In this document: positions 12,280 to 27,899 of the stretch, piece after piece
How the letters are laid out: the number at the start of each line of letters is the position of its first letter
How positions within the stretch are numbered: the stretch's first letter is position 1
DNA from: Octopus bimaculoides
Lineage: Eukaryota
Length of the DNA: 63,323 nucleotides
Assembly (NCBI RefSeq): GCF_001194135.2
Contig: NC_068985.1
Span: 97,964,824-98,028,146 of the forward strand
Direction of reading: 5' to 3'
The notes under the pieces: model-generated
Told to the model about the DNA's origin: nothing
What the model saw: only the letters and a program-made list of their open reading frames with translations
Databases searched by the model: none
Position numbers and translations under genes: made by a program

Positions 12280-12693
12280 CCAATTCTGCGTGTCATTCAT
12301 TATAAGCAGGTCAATTCAAGCTTCGTGAGTAAAATTGGGTTGCAGAAACTGTACGGATGCAGCTTCCAGATTATCNNNNNNNNNNGTGTCTGCTGTGGAA
12401 TACTCAGTTATTTAGTCATTCAATGAGTGCAACTGTTTGAACATTTGAATATTCATCGTCGAAGCAGAAGAAGATCCATTTAACATTTACTACAGTGACT
12501 TGTGCGCATGTTGTGTGTGTTGGTAGCTTTTAATTGCTAGCAACCTTACAGGTAGGTATTTAACGTATGCAGTGTTTGCTGTGATACTCCGTCTGCCCTA
12601 ACCTACAATCTAGATGTCGTCTGCCTGCCTCTATTGCTCTGTTCTGTTCTGATTATATAAATCTTTAAAACTACAATGTGTGTGCGCGTGCAT

Positions 12694-12724
<31 letters not shown>

Positions 12725-13076
12725 NNNNNNNNNNNNNNNNNNNNNNNNNNNNNNNNNNNNNNNNNNNNNNNNNNNNNNNNNNNNNNNNNNNNNNNNNNNN
12801 NNNNNNNNNNNNNNNNNNNNNNNNNNNNNNNNNNNNNNNNNNNNNNNNNNNNNNNNNNNNNNNNNNNNNNNNNNNNNNNNNNNNNNNNNNNNNNNNNNNN
12901 NNNNNNNNNNNNNNNNNNNNNNNNNNNNNNNNNNNNNNNNNNNNNNNNNNNNNNNNNNNNNNNNNNNNNNNNNNNNNNNNNNNNGAGAGAGAGAGAGAGA
13001 GAGCACTCCGTTATTGATTATTTGACGTCTCTAAGGCTGTAACAGTCTACGGTCTGTGGGCCTTTGTAGCTTGCAT

Positions 13077-15540
<2,464 letters not shown>

Positions 15541-16349
15541 TGTTATTTAACCTCAGGACAGGTCTATGAGCAAACACTTTCTAATCACGATTGTCTTTTA
15601 TATGTCTAGGACTAAACCTCACAATGGGTCCTTCTTTTTTAAGACCATAAACTGTGATTTTAGGGAGAATTGGAGATAGGTTTGCGGTGGCTGAGATGAT
15701 GTGCTATTGATTTGGTGATGGTCATGGTGTTGGTGGTATGATGGTGGCCGTAATATTGTTTTGTTGTTGAGGGGCTAGAAGTGTTTCTAGTAGTATTAGT
15801 AGTAGCAGCAGCAAAAGCAGCTGTCTCTCAGTTCTTTATGGATCTTGAGATATTTTAGGACAGAAGACTTGCTGATATTGTGACCTTCATGTAATTTTCC
15901 CCAGCATAATTGGTGTTTACATTTGCCAGCTCCGCCTTGGATTGGAAACTTGATCACAGTAAACTTCGTCACAAAGTCAAGTTGTAGAAATTGGCCTACT
16001 TCTTCCGTGCCCAATAATCTTGTAATTTATAAGAGAATAATGCATGAGATTTGTACAGTAAAGTTATTCAGACAAGAATAAATATCCTTAATGATATTAG
16101 CGTTGAAGAGTTTACTGCATTTATTTATAGGTGGGAATTGTCTTACAAGGGATAAAAATCCCAGGCTATGTCGGTAACGGGTTGATATTTCATGGTAGTT
16201 TAAACCAGATTACCTTCTGTATCCTGGGTCTAATGTCGTATGGGAAATGTTCTTTGTACACAATGGCTTCCTTCAAAACTCTTCTTAAATGTTACAGCTC
16301 AATGTATCAAGAACAACTATAACATATTGTGCTGATACTGATAGAAATT

Positions 16350-16600
16350 ACACTGTGCTACCACAAACACCTTCAAGAACAAATATTATCAGCATTTACA
16401 CTCATTCCGATCAACAAATAGGGAGAAATACACCACTTTGTTCCATTTGATTTGGAGAATGAGAAACCACAGATCTGAACGTACTCTAATAACATAGAAA
16501 TCATAGACTGAGTTACTCCATTTAACAACTGACAGCAAAGCTGCGGACTATGCTTGACTGAGACTTTTTCACAGATGGCTATGCTTGACTGAACCATTTT
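16350..16600 (+). mobile_element. Degenerate GIY-YIG endonuclease relic, Penelope-like element
   Basis: TTNTFKNKYYQHLHSFRSTNREKYTTLFHLIWRM followed, after a frameshift, by CGLCLTETF; matches the PLE pattern T..TFK.R...H..SF...TTL...IW...C.LCLTEK. Confidence 0.55.
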
Positions 16601-17397
16601 AACAGCAACCACTTCAACTTTCTACTCCTAAATACTTCCTCTTTGTAGTGGGAGTTTGTTTTCCATTTCCCTATGTTCTTTTCTGTCTTGCAAGTTACAT
16701 AGCAACTTCACTAATGCCTGTGATACACAAAAAAAGAAAAAGTACTCAGTACACTGTGTAAAGTGGTTGACATTAGAAAGCGCTTTCTGGCCGTAGAAAC
16801 TATGTCAAAAGTCACACTGGAGCGCTATGCAACCACACATCTCATCGCAACCCTGCAGCTCGCCGCAACCCTGCAGCTCGCCGGTTCCCTGTTAAACTAT
16901 CCAACCCATGCCAGTATCGAAAGCGAACGTTAAATAATGATGATAATGATGATGGTGCATGTGAACACAAATGTCTGTCTACCCGTTGTGCAGTTACCAT
17001 GGATACAAGAAAAAGAAAGAGAGGAGGTAAAGAGAAAAAAGAGAGAGGGAGTGTAGAAAGAGAGAGAGAGAGTGTGTGTGTGTGTGTGAGAGAAAGCGAA
17101 CGAAATAAGAGAAGGAAAAAAAGCAAAGAAAAAAACATGAAATGTCATGCTGCCAAAACAGCAACAACAACCAGAAATCCGTGAAGAACTCGATAAAATA
17201 TTAAACCAAAGACAACATGAATATTAACACAAGAAATTATTAAAACATTTATTAAAACAGCTAAAATATATATACAAAATACATAGGATAAACATTCTGA
17301 TATTTGTACCATGAGAATTAAGGCAAATGGGAGATGTTGTCCTTTTGGATTTTGGTATATTTTATGGAATGGAAAAAGAAAAGAAGTATTGACTTAC

Positions 17398-17434
17398 CAA
17401 ATTCAATGAGATTTGTATAGACGAGAACAATGAT
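17398..17434 (-). CDS. Candidate 37-nt internal exon (IIVLVYTNLIEF)
   Basis: atatag| acceptor, G|GTAAGT donor, open phase-0 frame. Confidence 0.2.
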
Positions 17435-17474
17435 CTATATGTGCAAGTATGTGTGAGTAGCAGTGAGTGTGCGC

Positions 17475-17522
<48 letters not shown>

Positions 17523-17910
17523 ATTATATATAATGTAGCCGTATAATATAGATTATTTTGTAATTTATAATATAGATCGAGTTATCTATTTGAAAGCCTT
17601 AACTGAGAAAATTGCTGACAAAGTGAAGACATCTAATTGTTCTCGTGTATAAACAGAAAAATTACGCACTCCCACACATATACACGCGCGTACGTACATA
17701 GCATGTATGTATGTATGTATGTATGTATGTATGTATGTATGTATGTATGCGTCCCCCTGACGTAGTTCTCGAGGAGATTCAGCCATCAGGAGCCGATCTA
17801 ACGATATTACGATCGTGGGTCGAAATCTCTAACTACTAAGCCGCACGCCTTTACAAATCGATATCTAGAAAAGAAATATAAAGCTTAATTATTCTCTTTT
17901 TCTCTTTTAG

Positions 17911-18105
17911 AATTCATTAACCGATCGTGCGAACGATCTTGCGATCTTAAAATTACAAAGCGAACTTAATAACTTCATAACGGCATCGTTATGCCTGAGC
18001 CCTTGGATAAAAATATATTCTAAACGCCATCTGCTTCATTATCGGTATCCCTGCTTTATTCGATGTTGTATTTTCTATCATGATATCTTCGTTAAAATTG
18101 AATAA
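17911..18105 (+). CDS. Candidate exon with a weak S1 serine-protease-like segment
   Basis: Very strong acceptor ttctcttttttctcttttag|; NSLTDRANDLAILKLQSELNNFITASLCL resembles the N-D-I-A-L-L-K-L...P-I-C-L motif; no flanking protease exons found. Confidence 0.2.
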   Translation, partial: NSLTDRANDLAILKLQSELNNFITASLCLSPWIKIYSKRHLLHYRYPCFIRCCIFYHDIFVKIE

Positions 18106-18781
18106 ACTATGCTACATAGTTTTATGAAATATGAATGATAGAATCAAGTGCATAAAAATAGATTACTTCAGTTGACTTAATCAATACTGATACGCTAATT
18201 TCAACGATGTTGTTTAACTCCAGGTCATTTTACTGTAACTGACCCATAACTTTTCCTCTTTTCTTACAATCAGCCTGTCCATTACAACACAATGGGTCCT
18301 GTGTTTCTAAGGCAGTACAGTGTAATTTGAGCGAGATTTGGTTGCTATTTCTAGCAGCACGCGAGACTGCACATCATTAGTTCTAAATAAATGAGTCATG
18401 GTATAACTCTGGAAGGGTTGCAAAAACAAAGTTACTTAATTTCAGAATATTTAATACAAAGTAAAATGTTTGTGATTATGTTATACAATATATGATTGGG
18501 ACATAAAATCTTAGACTTTGCATTCAGACTTAGACTTAGGGTTTTCTCTATGGTCGATCTGCCGCAGTTGCTTCCACTCCTATCCAACCGGCCCGTTTTC
18601 GGTTTTCTTTCTTCCAGTGTTCAACACAATATTTATCGCAGACAAAAAGAAACTTGGGAAATATTTCCCCAAGTATCCGATATAAATTATATCATGTTTT
18701 ACGTCATAAGAATTTAGAAACTTCGGGAGACTTGAAATAGCTAAAACTATAAATAACAGCACGAAAATATTCAGTAAATAT

Positions 18782-19330
18782 TTAACCCTTCGGGTAAAAA
18801 AGATTTGAAGGCCGCTCGTGGGACATGAGCGGCCATCGACATTTTTTATCAAAAGAGTCGAAGAGTTTTTAGCCCAATATTTACTTTTATTTATAAATGT
18901 ATTAATTCATTTGAAAATTGATTTTCAAAAAATTCAATCAAGGTATTTTTTAAATAAAAAAAATGGTTGGGGTGTTGTGGTTTTTTGAGTTCTCAAATTA
19001 GGTCGCAATAGTAGTAAGATAAGATTTGCCGGCATAGGGGCTCATTTGTTGACTCGTTTGAGATGTAGAAATGTCAGCGAAACTCCTTTCTATTAAACCA
19101 CAATGAAATAACTATATTTTTCTCCACTCCCATATTTTTTACGTCTCCCATTTAGAAATTTTGTTCTTGCCTTCTATTCTAGAATAAACGGGCATCGATT
19201 TTACGGCGAGAAAACATTATTTTTTGCTGCTTTAGTAAGTCAATAATCGAGACATTTTGGACTAGCAATTATAGGTAAAACGATACGATGCACTGAAATG
19301 ACAGGCAGATCAGAAGCGTTCCATTGAAAG
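18782..19330 (+). mobile_element. piggyBac-like non-autonomous element end (right end not found; extent uncertain)
   Basis: TTAA|CCCTT start and GGCCGCTC-9nt-GAGCGGCC hairpin at 18810-18834. Confidence 0.35.
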
Positions 19331-19675
19331 GAAAATATATTTCTTTACATATGAATTTGAATTGTGTGAATGGAATCAAGTACAATGGAGTAGGTTTAGA
19401 TCTGATAATAAATTATCTATACATAGTCATATATACAATTAGTTATTCAAACACATATATTCTTGCCTACATTCATGTGTGTGTGTGTATGTGTGTGTGC
19501 GTCTGTGTTCATTATACCAATGTATTTTATGTCATACATGTCTGTAAAGATATATATTCTGTCTAACGTATTGAGTTCTGCCATTTGTAAAATAAAAAAA
19601 CCATACTAAGGAAAATGTATGTGCATGTATACATACACACATACACACATAGATACAGATATATACACACACACT

Positions 19676-19717
<42 letters not shown>

Positions 19718-20875
19718 AGTATATATATATATATATATATATGAAGTTGACTAAAAACTTTAACTGCTGTACACACACATACACGTGTGTGTGTGTGTGT
19801 GTGAGTGTGCGCACACGATTGTTTATTTGCATATGAATGTCTATACATAATGTAAAAAAGAACTTTAGATGTATAACATAGAATACAGTGGTATAATGTG
19901 CACAGTTATATACACACACACACACGCAAACAAACACAGATATTGTTTACACATGCATTCAAGACCGTTGAGTACACACACACATAGCTGTAGTACCTTT
20001 CGTAGAAAGTCACATACATATATTAATGATCTTGTTTTTTCCGTGTGTTTTTCCATCGTTTTTTCCATCACCAAGAGACTTTAGTGTCGTTCTAGCAAGT
20101 CGTTTGGTATGGTTATCTTGGCCAAACTTAATCTACTAAAGTGGGCTTTCTACCAGTTTGCCAAATATCGAAAGACAAAAATTTAATTAGTAATGACTGC
20201 TTTGTTCAGCAAATAACAATTGATGAGAACAAAAGTATATTTTCAGTAGAAAGACTTAGCCAATGTTGGATTCGGTAGAATTACGAGTAGTTTTTAGTTA
20301 TTATATTATATCATAGACCACAAACAATGCAATGAGTATTTGAAATAAAAGATTCCAGGATCGATTTTACGATAAATATAGTTAATCTGAAAATGCCGAT
20401 ATATTGAATATTCTTAGTCAACGATTTTTGTTTTCTATATTAAAGAGCATTTTTTAAATATAAAATTCATGTAATTGATCATAAAACAAGTGAAATCTCC
20501 CACGGATATTATTACTTATGTAACACAAGCCAAAGAGAAAGAAAGAGACTCTGCGTAGTCGGATGATATGCGAGAAAGAGCAATCTAGTGTCTGCCAATC
20601 TTACCCTACTGTCCAGAAATGAGAAGGACACATGTAACAATATATTCATTTAAAATCGGTACGGCTGAGAGCTTTTGATTATTGGTTCCTGTGATCAGTT
20701 CTGGTGACAATTAAAGCAAGAACAGTAGAAAGTGAAAGTAGAATCGATACCCTATGCCATGAGATGAAACCAGCTTTAGATGCCCAAGGCGCATCACATT
20801 TCACGACTGAGCTCTTGTGACTCTATCAGGATTTTGAAGGTCCAAGTCATTTATGTGTGTATGTATGTGTGTATG

Positions 20876-22465
20876 TGTTGTGGCGAGAGGCATTGACACC
20901 CCAGTAGGATTGGAAAATGGACTAGCCGAACTCTTATAAAAGTAGCGTATTGGTTGAGACAAGAGAAATATCGTAGTAGTCGTTGAGAGTTCGTGGAAGT
21001 CGTCAGAAGTTGTTGAGATCGTTGAGAGTTTGTATTTATTGAAGTATCGTGTTTAGTGGAGTAATTTGAAGAACGTCGTCTGAAGACAGTTGTATCTATC
21101 TCTGCTCCGTGAAATATGTTTATCCAACGTAGAGAAGGATATAAAAGTGGCGACGAGGATATCCACTTATAAAAGTGGTGACGAGTTTATTAGATGCTTA
21201 CGTTGGATGTTAACGTTTTCTTTTGATACAAAATCAAAGATAAATTAGTTAACATGAAAGACTTATTAGCCTCCGAGGTGCAGTCGCAACAGCAGCGGTG
21301 GCAACAGCAGCGGTGGCAACAGCAACAACAGCTTCAGCAGCAATTACGAACAACGATCTCCAAGAGTCAATCAACAGTTCGCAAGAGTCAAACAATAATA
21401 CTCGAGTCGAACAACAGTACTCAAGAGTCGAACAACAATTCTCAAAAGTCGAACAACAATACCAACAGTTGCTGGAATTAATATTGAAGTCCAAAAATAC
21501 TTCAGGTTCGTTCTCGCCAGATGGCGTAGCAAAAGCAATTTTAGAATTTAGTTATAACCTAGAAGGATATATTCCTTTCTTTTCTGCATATTTCCGAAGA
21601 TATGAAGAAATTTTCAAAGAGAAATGCAAAAATTGGACGGCCAATGAAAAGATATGACTACTTTTAAGAAAATTATCCGCTGCCAAACACGAAAAATACT
21701 GTGACTACATTCTGTCAAAAAAAAAAAATAAATAAATAAAATAATGTGAAATTTGTTTCGATGAAACAGTTAAATTGTTATCGGAAGTTTTCAGTGAAAG
21801 AAGTTCCCTGTTAAATACTCGTTGGAAGTGTTTGAATTTAGTAAAACAAAATAATAAAAATTTCGTCGGAGAGCGATAAATTCATTATAAAAATGAATGT
21901 ATCACTGAAGGCCAAAGAAAATAAAAATATGCGCAACGTAAATGCGAACCATTTATCACTGTGCGACAATATGTTGATATATGTACAAAGAGTTGTAGTG
22001 CCGGCCGCACCACAAAAGCGTTTATTAAAGAATTTTCATATTGGTTACCCAGGGATTTCGAGAATGAAATCACTTATGAGAAGTTACGTATATTGGCCTA
22101 CAATGGACCGTGACATTGAAGAGTCGGTAAAATCCTGCAGAGGTTGTGCCCTTGCAGCCAAGTTACCACCGGTAAAATTCCAACCGTGGTCCTAAAACCG
22201 ACAGTCCATAGACCAGGCTTCATATAAATTTTGCTCGCCCAGTAAATGGCGCATATTACCTGATTGTAGTAGATAGTTATACCAAGTGGCCGGAAATATG
22301 TAGATGTAGGAAACCAACCACCACGGTAACAATATAATTGTTTCATGAACTCTTTGCAAGATATGGTGTCTCGGACACCATAATACCCGATAACGCTACG
22401 CAGTTTACAGCGTATGAGTTGAAAAATTTTTGAAAAATGTACGCAATTGAACAAAGTATAATTGC
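20876..22465 (+). mobile_element. Ty3/Gypsy LTR retrotransposon: 5' LTR, PBS, gag and integrase; protease/RT deleted; no 3' LTR
   Basis: TGT-start LTR about 20876-21147; PBS gTGGCGACGAGG at 21148; gag ...EFSYNLEGYIPFFSAYFRRYEEIF...; integrase H2C2 region NFHIGYPGISRMKSLMRSYVYWPTMDRDIEESVKSCRGC; rve YLIVVDSYTKWPE; multiple stops and frameshifts. Confidence 0.9.
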
Positions 22466-23104
22466 TACAGTTTTTCTTTATTTAAAAGCAATAATTCCTT
22501 TATAATACTTGATGAAATTGATAAAGAACAATAAAAATTCAGTCACATCATCTGATATAGTTAGAATATTTATCGACCCGTTGGATAGCCACCTAAACAC
22601 CTAGCATTCAATACTGGCCGCTTTGCCGACACCCTGACTAAATAAAATGGACGAATCTGAATCTTAAAATTATTTTAAACTACAAAGGCTGTTATTAAAG
22701 ACTATTGTGAAAAAATAGTAACACCTCCTGACTGCTAAATCCGTTAATATCGATAATAGTGTCAGTTCTGTGATAATATATATAATTAATAACCATACAA
22801 GACTGTTCCACTCTTGGCGTCATCTCTTCTCAAAGCTGGCAAGAAGGAAAATAAAACAACAACTATAGAACGATAATTGTTGGCATCTGATGACAGATTT
22901 GTAATTAGTTTACCTTATCATTATATATGTTTACTTATTTGGCTACATACACAAATGAATATGATTATTTTTTCTTATAAATCCTCGTCTTTAAGCCTGA
23001 AGGTGATTGACTATCGTCACTGACAGCATTATGACTGAAATGGAACTAGTAAAGCAGTTTTTGTGAATTACGACACTTCTAAAATTAAATGAATGAATCG
23101 TGTC

Positions 23105-23520
23105 TGTTTGGAAGAAGCTTCCTTCTCAGCCATGTGGTTCCGGGTTCAGTCCCATTGCATGGCACCTTGAGTGAGTGTCTTGTACTATGGCTTCGGAACA
23201 ACCAAAGCCCTATAAGTGGATTTGGTAGACGGAAACTGAGAGAAGACCGTCGTATATACCTATATCTAAATCTATATCTATATATGAGTGTGTGTGTTTG
23301 TGGCTCTGCCCCCACCTCGCCAAACTACTGCTTGACAACCGGTGTTGGTTTGTCTAAGATTCCGTGACTTACCGGTTCGGCAAAAAGTGTCCGATAAAAT
23401 AAGTACTAGTCGTTAAAAAAAATAAGTACCGGGATCGATTCATTCGACTATAAGTTCTTCAAGGCTGTGATCCAGCATGGCCGCGGTCTGATGACTGAGA
23501 ACACACAAAAGATAAAAAGT
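23105..23520 (+). mobile_element. SINE family A
   Basis: catgtggttccgggttcagtccc...gtggatttggtagacggaaactga...ccagcatggccgcggtc. Confidence 0.85.
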
Positions 23521-23574
23521 AAGTAAATAAATAAATGAATAAATAAATAAACAGATAAATAATTCGATAAATTA

Positions 23575-23895
23575 AATACCAGTTGCGTACTGGGGTCAAT
23601 CTAATCAACTACCCCCCCCCAAAAAAAAAATTCGGGCCTTGTGCCTAGAGCAGAAAAGAATATATGTAAACTGATAAGGCGTCGAGCTGGTAGAAACGTT
23701 AGCACGCCGGGCGAAATGCTTAGCGGTATTTCGTCTGCCGCTACGTTCTGAGTTCAAATTCCGCCGAGGTCGACTTTTCTTTTCATCTTTTCGGGGTCGA
23801 TAAATTAAATACCAGTTGCGTCCTGGGGTCTATCTAATCGACTGGCATCCTCCCCCAAAATTTCGAGCCTTGAGCCTAGAGTTAAAAAGATTATG
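23575..23895 (+). mobile_element. SINE family B (partial tail plus full copy)
   Basis: ggcgtcgagctggtagaaacgttagcacgccgggcg...ggccttgtgcctagag variant tail. Confidence 0.85.
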
Positions 23896-24132
23896 GTACA
23901 TTTCGGTGTAGAATCTACATAAACATTGCGTCATAGATTTCCGAGTTCATTGCCGAAAAATACGTCACACCATTTCTTATGTAAGCAAGTCTATAAGCAT
24001 TTAGCGGTATAATTCACTGTAATTAACATATCGTTGAATAGGTGTTACCAGAAAATAATGCTTCATCAGACTACATTCCTACGCAGAGATGTACACAGAC
24101 ATACATGCACATATAACATAACGTAGCATACA

Positions 24133-24184
<52 letters not shown>

Positions 24185-24850
24185 NNNNNNNNNNNNNNNN
24201 NNNNNNNNNNNNNNNNNNNNNNNNNNNNNNNNNNNNNNNNNNNNNNNNNNNNNNNNNNNNNNNNNNNNNNNNNNNNNNNNNNNNNNNNNNNNNNNNNNNN
24301 NNNNNNNNNNNNNNNNNNNNNNNNNNNNNNNNNNNNNNNNNNNNNNNNNNNNNNNNNNNNNNNNNNNNNNNNNNNNNNNNNNNNNNNNNNNNNNNNNNNN
24401 NNNNNNNNNNNNNNNNNNNNNNNNNNNNNNNNNNNNNNNNNNNNNNNNNNNNNNNNNNNNNNNNNNNNNNNNNNNNNNNNNNNNNNNNNNNNNNNNNNNN
24501 NNNNNNNNNNNNNNNNNNNNNNNNNNNNNNNNNNNNNNNNNNNNNNNNNNNNNNNNNNNNNNNNNNNNNNNNNNNNNNNNNNNNNNNNNNNNNNNNNNNN
24601 NNNNNNNNNNNNNNNNNNNNNNNNNNNNNNNNNNNNNNNNNNNNNNNNNNNNNNNNNNNNNNNNNNNNNNNNNNNNNNNNNNNNNNNNNNNNNNNNNNNN
24701 NNNNNNNNNNNNNNNNNNNNNNNNNNNNNNNNNNNNNNNNNNNNNNNNNNNNNNNNNNNNNNNNNNNNNNNNNNNNNNNNNNNNNNNNNNNNNNNNNNNN
24801 NNNNNNNNNNNNNNNNNNNNNNNNNNNNNATATACATACATATACACACT

Positions 24851-24928
<78 letters not shown>

Positions 24929-25297
24929 CATTATCAATCGCAAATATTGCATAACTTTTCACACGGAATCATTTATGTGCAATGACGTCAGAAATGGCGT
25001 GGTACCGAAGCAATTGTAACTAATAATAAAGATGTCCAAAATTCATTATTCTTCTTGTATTATGTAAGTAGACAGACAGACAGACAGACAGGCAAATAGA
25101 CAGGCAGACAGATCACTTGTATTACGAGATATTCCCTGCATCAGTCGCAAGATAGAGGTTACAAGATTTTCAGCATCATCCAACACAGAACCGCTCTATC
25201 CAGCAGTGTTGAGCAACATTAACGCTATCAGGTTCTTTTGGGACACACTTCCAGTCTGTTACTCACGCGGCCACCACAACCAGTAGCAACTGCAAAC

Positions 25298-25785
25298 TTA
25301 TTATTTATTGTCTTTGCACAGCTTCTATCGCTGGAGATGTACTACGGTCTCAGCTGTTCACTACCAGTGAACTAAGGCAACATTCCTTATTTTTCGAGCA
25401 CCATCCGGAGTATTCGAGCGAATCCAAGCAGTGCTGTTTTCTGCAAGTGCTCCATTCTTATTACAGCCCCTATTTGTTCCATGTACTTCTCAAGATTTTT
25501 ACTCACTTTTCCTAGGGCTCCGACAATTATTGGTACTACTACCACCTTTTTCAACGACCACAACTGCTTAACTTCCCAAGTTAACCTGACAAATCTATCG
25601 ACTTTTCTTTCTTCCTTATCGCATACCTTATTGTCAGCTGGGCATGCTATATCTATGATCTAGCATCGTTTGCTTTCTTTCCTAATTAACACTGTGTCTG
25701 GTTTCCTGTTTTCAATCTCATGGTTGCACTGAATCATAAAATCCCATAGGATCTTTGCATTATCATTTTCGATGATGCCATCGGG
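25298..25785 (-). mobile_element. R4/Dong-clade non-LTR retrotransposon 3' end (restriction-like endonuclease), 5'-truncated
   Basis: PDGIIENDNAKILWDFMIQCNHEIENRKPDTVLIRKESKRC*IIDIACPADNKV...VVVVPIIVGALG...LQKTALLGFARILRMVL; flanked by (TAA)n. Confidence 0.85.
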
Positions 25786-25879
25786 TTTATTATTATTATT
25801 ATTACTTATAGTCCAGAAATACACATCGTTGAAGGTTTTGTTCAGTAATATTTAATGTGCATCGTTACCTAGCTACTGC

Positions 25880-26520
25880 GCCAAAAAACTAGGGAAAGGA
25901 GGTGAAAACGTTTGTTACAGACTGTATTAGGAATGGCGAGAAGGAGCTTTGTGGCAACGGAATAAAGAATTTGTGACCAAGCAAGGGAGTTATTAGGAAA
26001 AACAGATCGTAGAATGAGTTAGAGCTTGGAGAAATAAGGAGGAGGGTGGTTTTCGATATGGAACGGATAAATGACGACGGTGATGTAGAACAAGAAACAG
26101 ATGATGAACAAATAGATAAAAGGCACTGTAGCGTAATTATCAAAGGAAAGAGATATACTTATGAATAATAATAACACATTAAGTGAAGATGATTAAACGA
26201 TAGTCGCATAGATAGTTGGTGTTATGAAAACAATGACTTTGGTGTTGACAGATCTTACAAAAACGTTGAATGCGGTTACATTAAATGAGATTACAAAGAA
26301 GATAAATTGAGCTATCAATCATATTATCACCCACAAAGTAACAGAAACAAACAGTTTGTTAAGAACTGCAAGAACATACGGAGCGATATAGGCCTGGAGG
26401 AGAGAAGGAAGAACGGTAAAAAGAATCATGGCGAAAAATAAGAATGTTAGTGAAGATAGAGGGGAAATAAGGATGATATTGAAGATAAAGGTGATAAAAG
26501 AGGTATTACTCTTTTAGAAA
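25880..26520 (+). mobile_element. Old, degenerate N-terminal region of an R4/Dong-like ORF
   Basis: ...ELELGEIRRRV..., LNEITKKIN*AINHIITHKVTETNSLLRTA, KESWRKIR (compare KEPWWKRRI); many stops. Confidence 0.5.
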
Positions 26521-27074
26521 TATAAAAAATAAACCAGAAAGATCGATTCAAATCAATGGGAAATGTAGTGAAGTTGATAGGAAGTTTTACACAATCAATA
26601 TAAATGTATAAAGGGTCTAACAATGGTTATAGAGGAATTAAACTAATTGCAAAAACAGTTGAGATGAAACAGTATGAACAACCAATAAATCAGAATAGGC
26701 CAAAGTGTGTGTTTCATTGTGGACTAGGAAAAAACTCAATACCATGAGCTGAACGAAACTATTTGACATGTAGGGGTGATTTCTGATGTAGAAGTAAGTA
26801 ATAGGTTTCAAATAGTGTTTGAGGACAGGAAAAAGAGGATGATGTGCAGGTTGAGCGGCAAGCAGAATTAAAGCAGAAAAATGTAGTTACAACTAAAAAC
26901 GATGAACAATTGAAAATGGTTTCTTTATTAACCACAAGTGTTTACATTAAGAAAGGCGTTATGGACAGCACAAGACAAAACAATGTGTGTATGTGTGTGA
27001 GTGTGTTGCGAAGGTTTTGCGTGTAAACAAGACTAACAAAATTTTAAAAAATCAACAATGTGTGATCCGCAAAT

Positions 27075-27143
<69 letters not shown>

Positions 27144-27899
27144 CAGCAGCAGTAGTAGTAGTCACTCAACTTCACTTAAAATCCGTCTTCCTTGAGAGAT
27201 GTTAATATTATTTATTTCCTATATGTAGTACTACCACCAAGTCTAAAAATCGTACTTCAAAGCTGTAATTCATATTTAAATACTTAAATTGTAGTTTAGA
27301 AATTGTATAAACGTGTTTTACAAATGTTATCGGAAGTATCTAGCCAGCTAACAGCCATTTTAGTACCCACCATCTCCGTTCTTGATAGCTTTAATCTTGT
27401 CATAAATGCATCTCGCTCACTCACTCACTCACATAAACACAAACACACGCACATACACACACACAGACACATGCATGCACACACACACACAGACACACAC
27501 ACACTCTCTTAATATATCTTTCTCTCTCTCTCTCTCACTCTCTCTTTATCTGTCTGTCTCTCTATGTATAAAGTCATCTTGCAGCCTACCTCAATAACAG
27601 ACAAAAGCGACCTCATTATCACGACTGATGACATAATGAGCAACACTAACATAGCGTTTTAGTATACACAGAAACTCTTATAAAAAGGCACACGGAAGGA
27701 AAAAGGATCTAGGCTTTGTAATGCAAATAGCCCAACCAGTTGCAATACTAATTTCAGAAAGTCGGCCAGCCACTGAGCGTCTGCCACTCGAGCGAACATG
27801 AGCCAGATAGGATTGTCTCACTCACACAAAATGAAATGAACTGATTGTTTTGAATATCGGGTCTCTCTGCAGTGAATAATGTACCACTCAACATAAACT

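Noticed and set aside
18580-18852. 90-aa hydrophobic, GPCR-looking ORF
   Set aside because: It begins inside a piggyBac-like end; the hydrophobicity reflects T-rich DNA; no receptor motifs.
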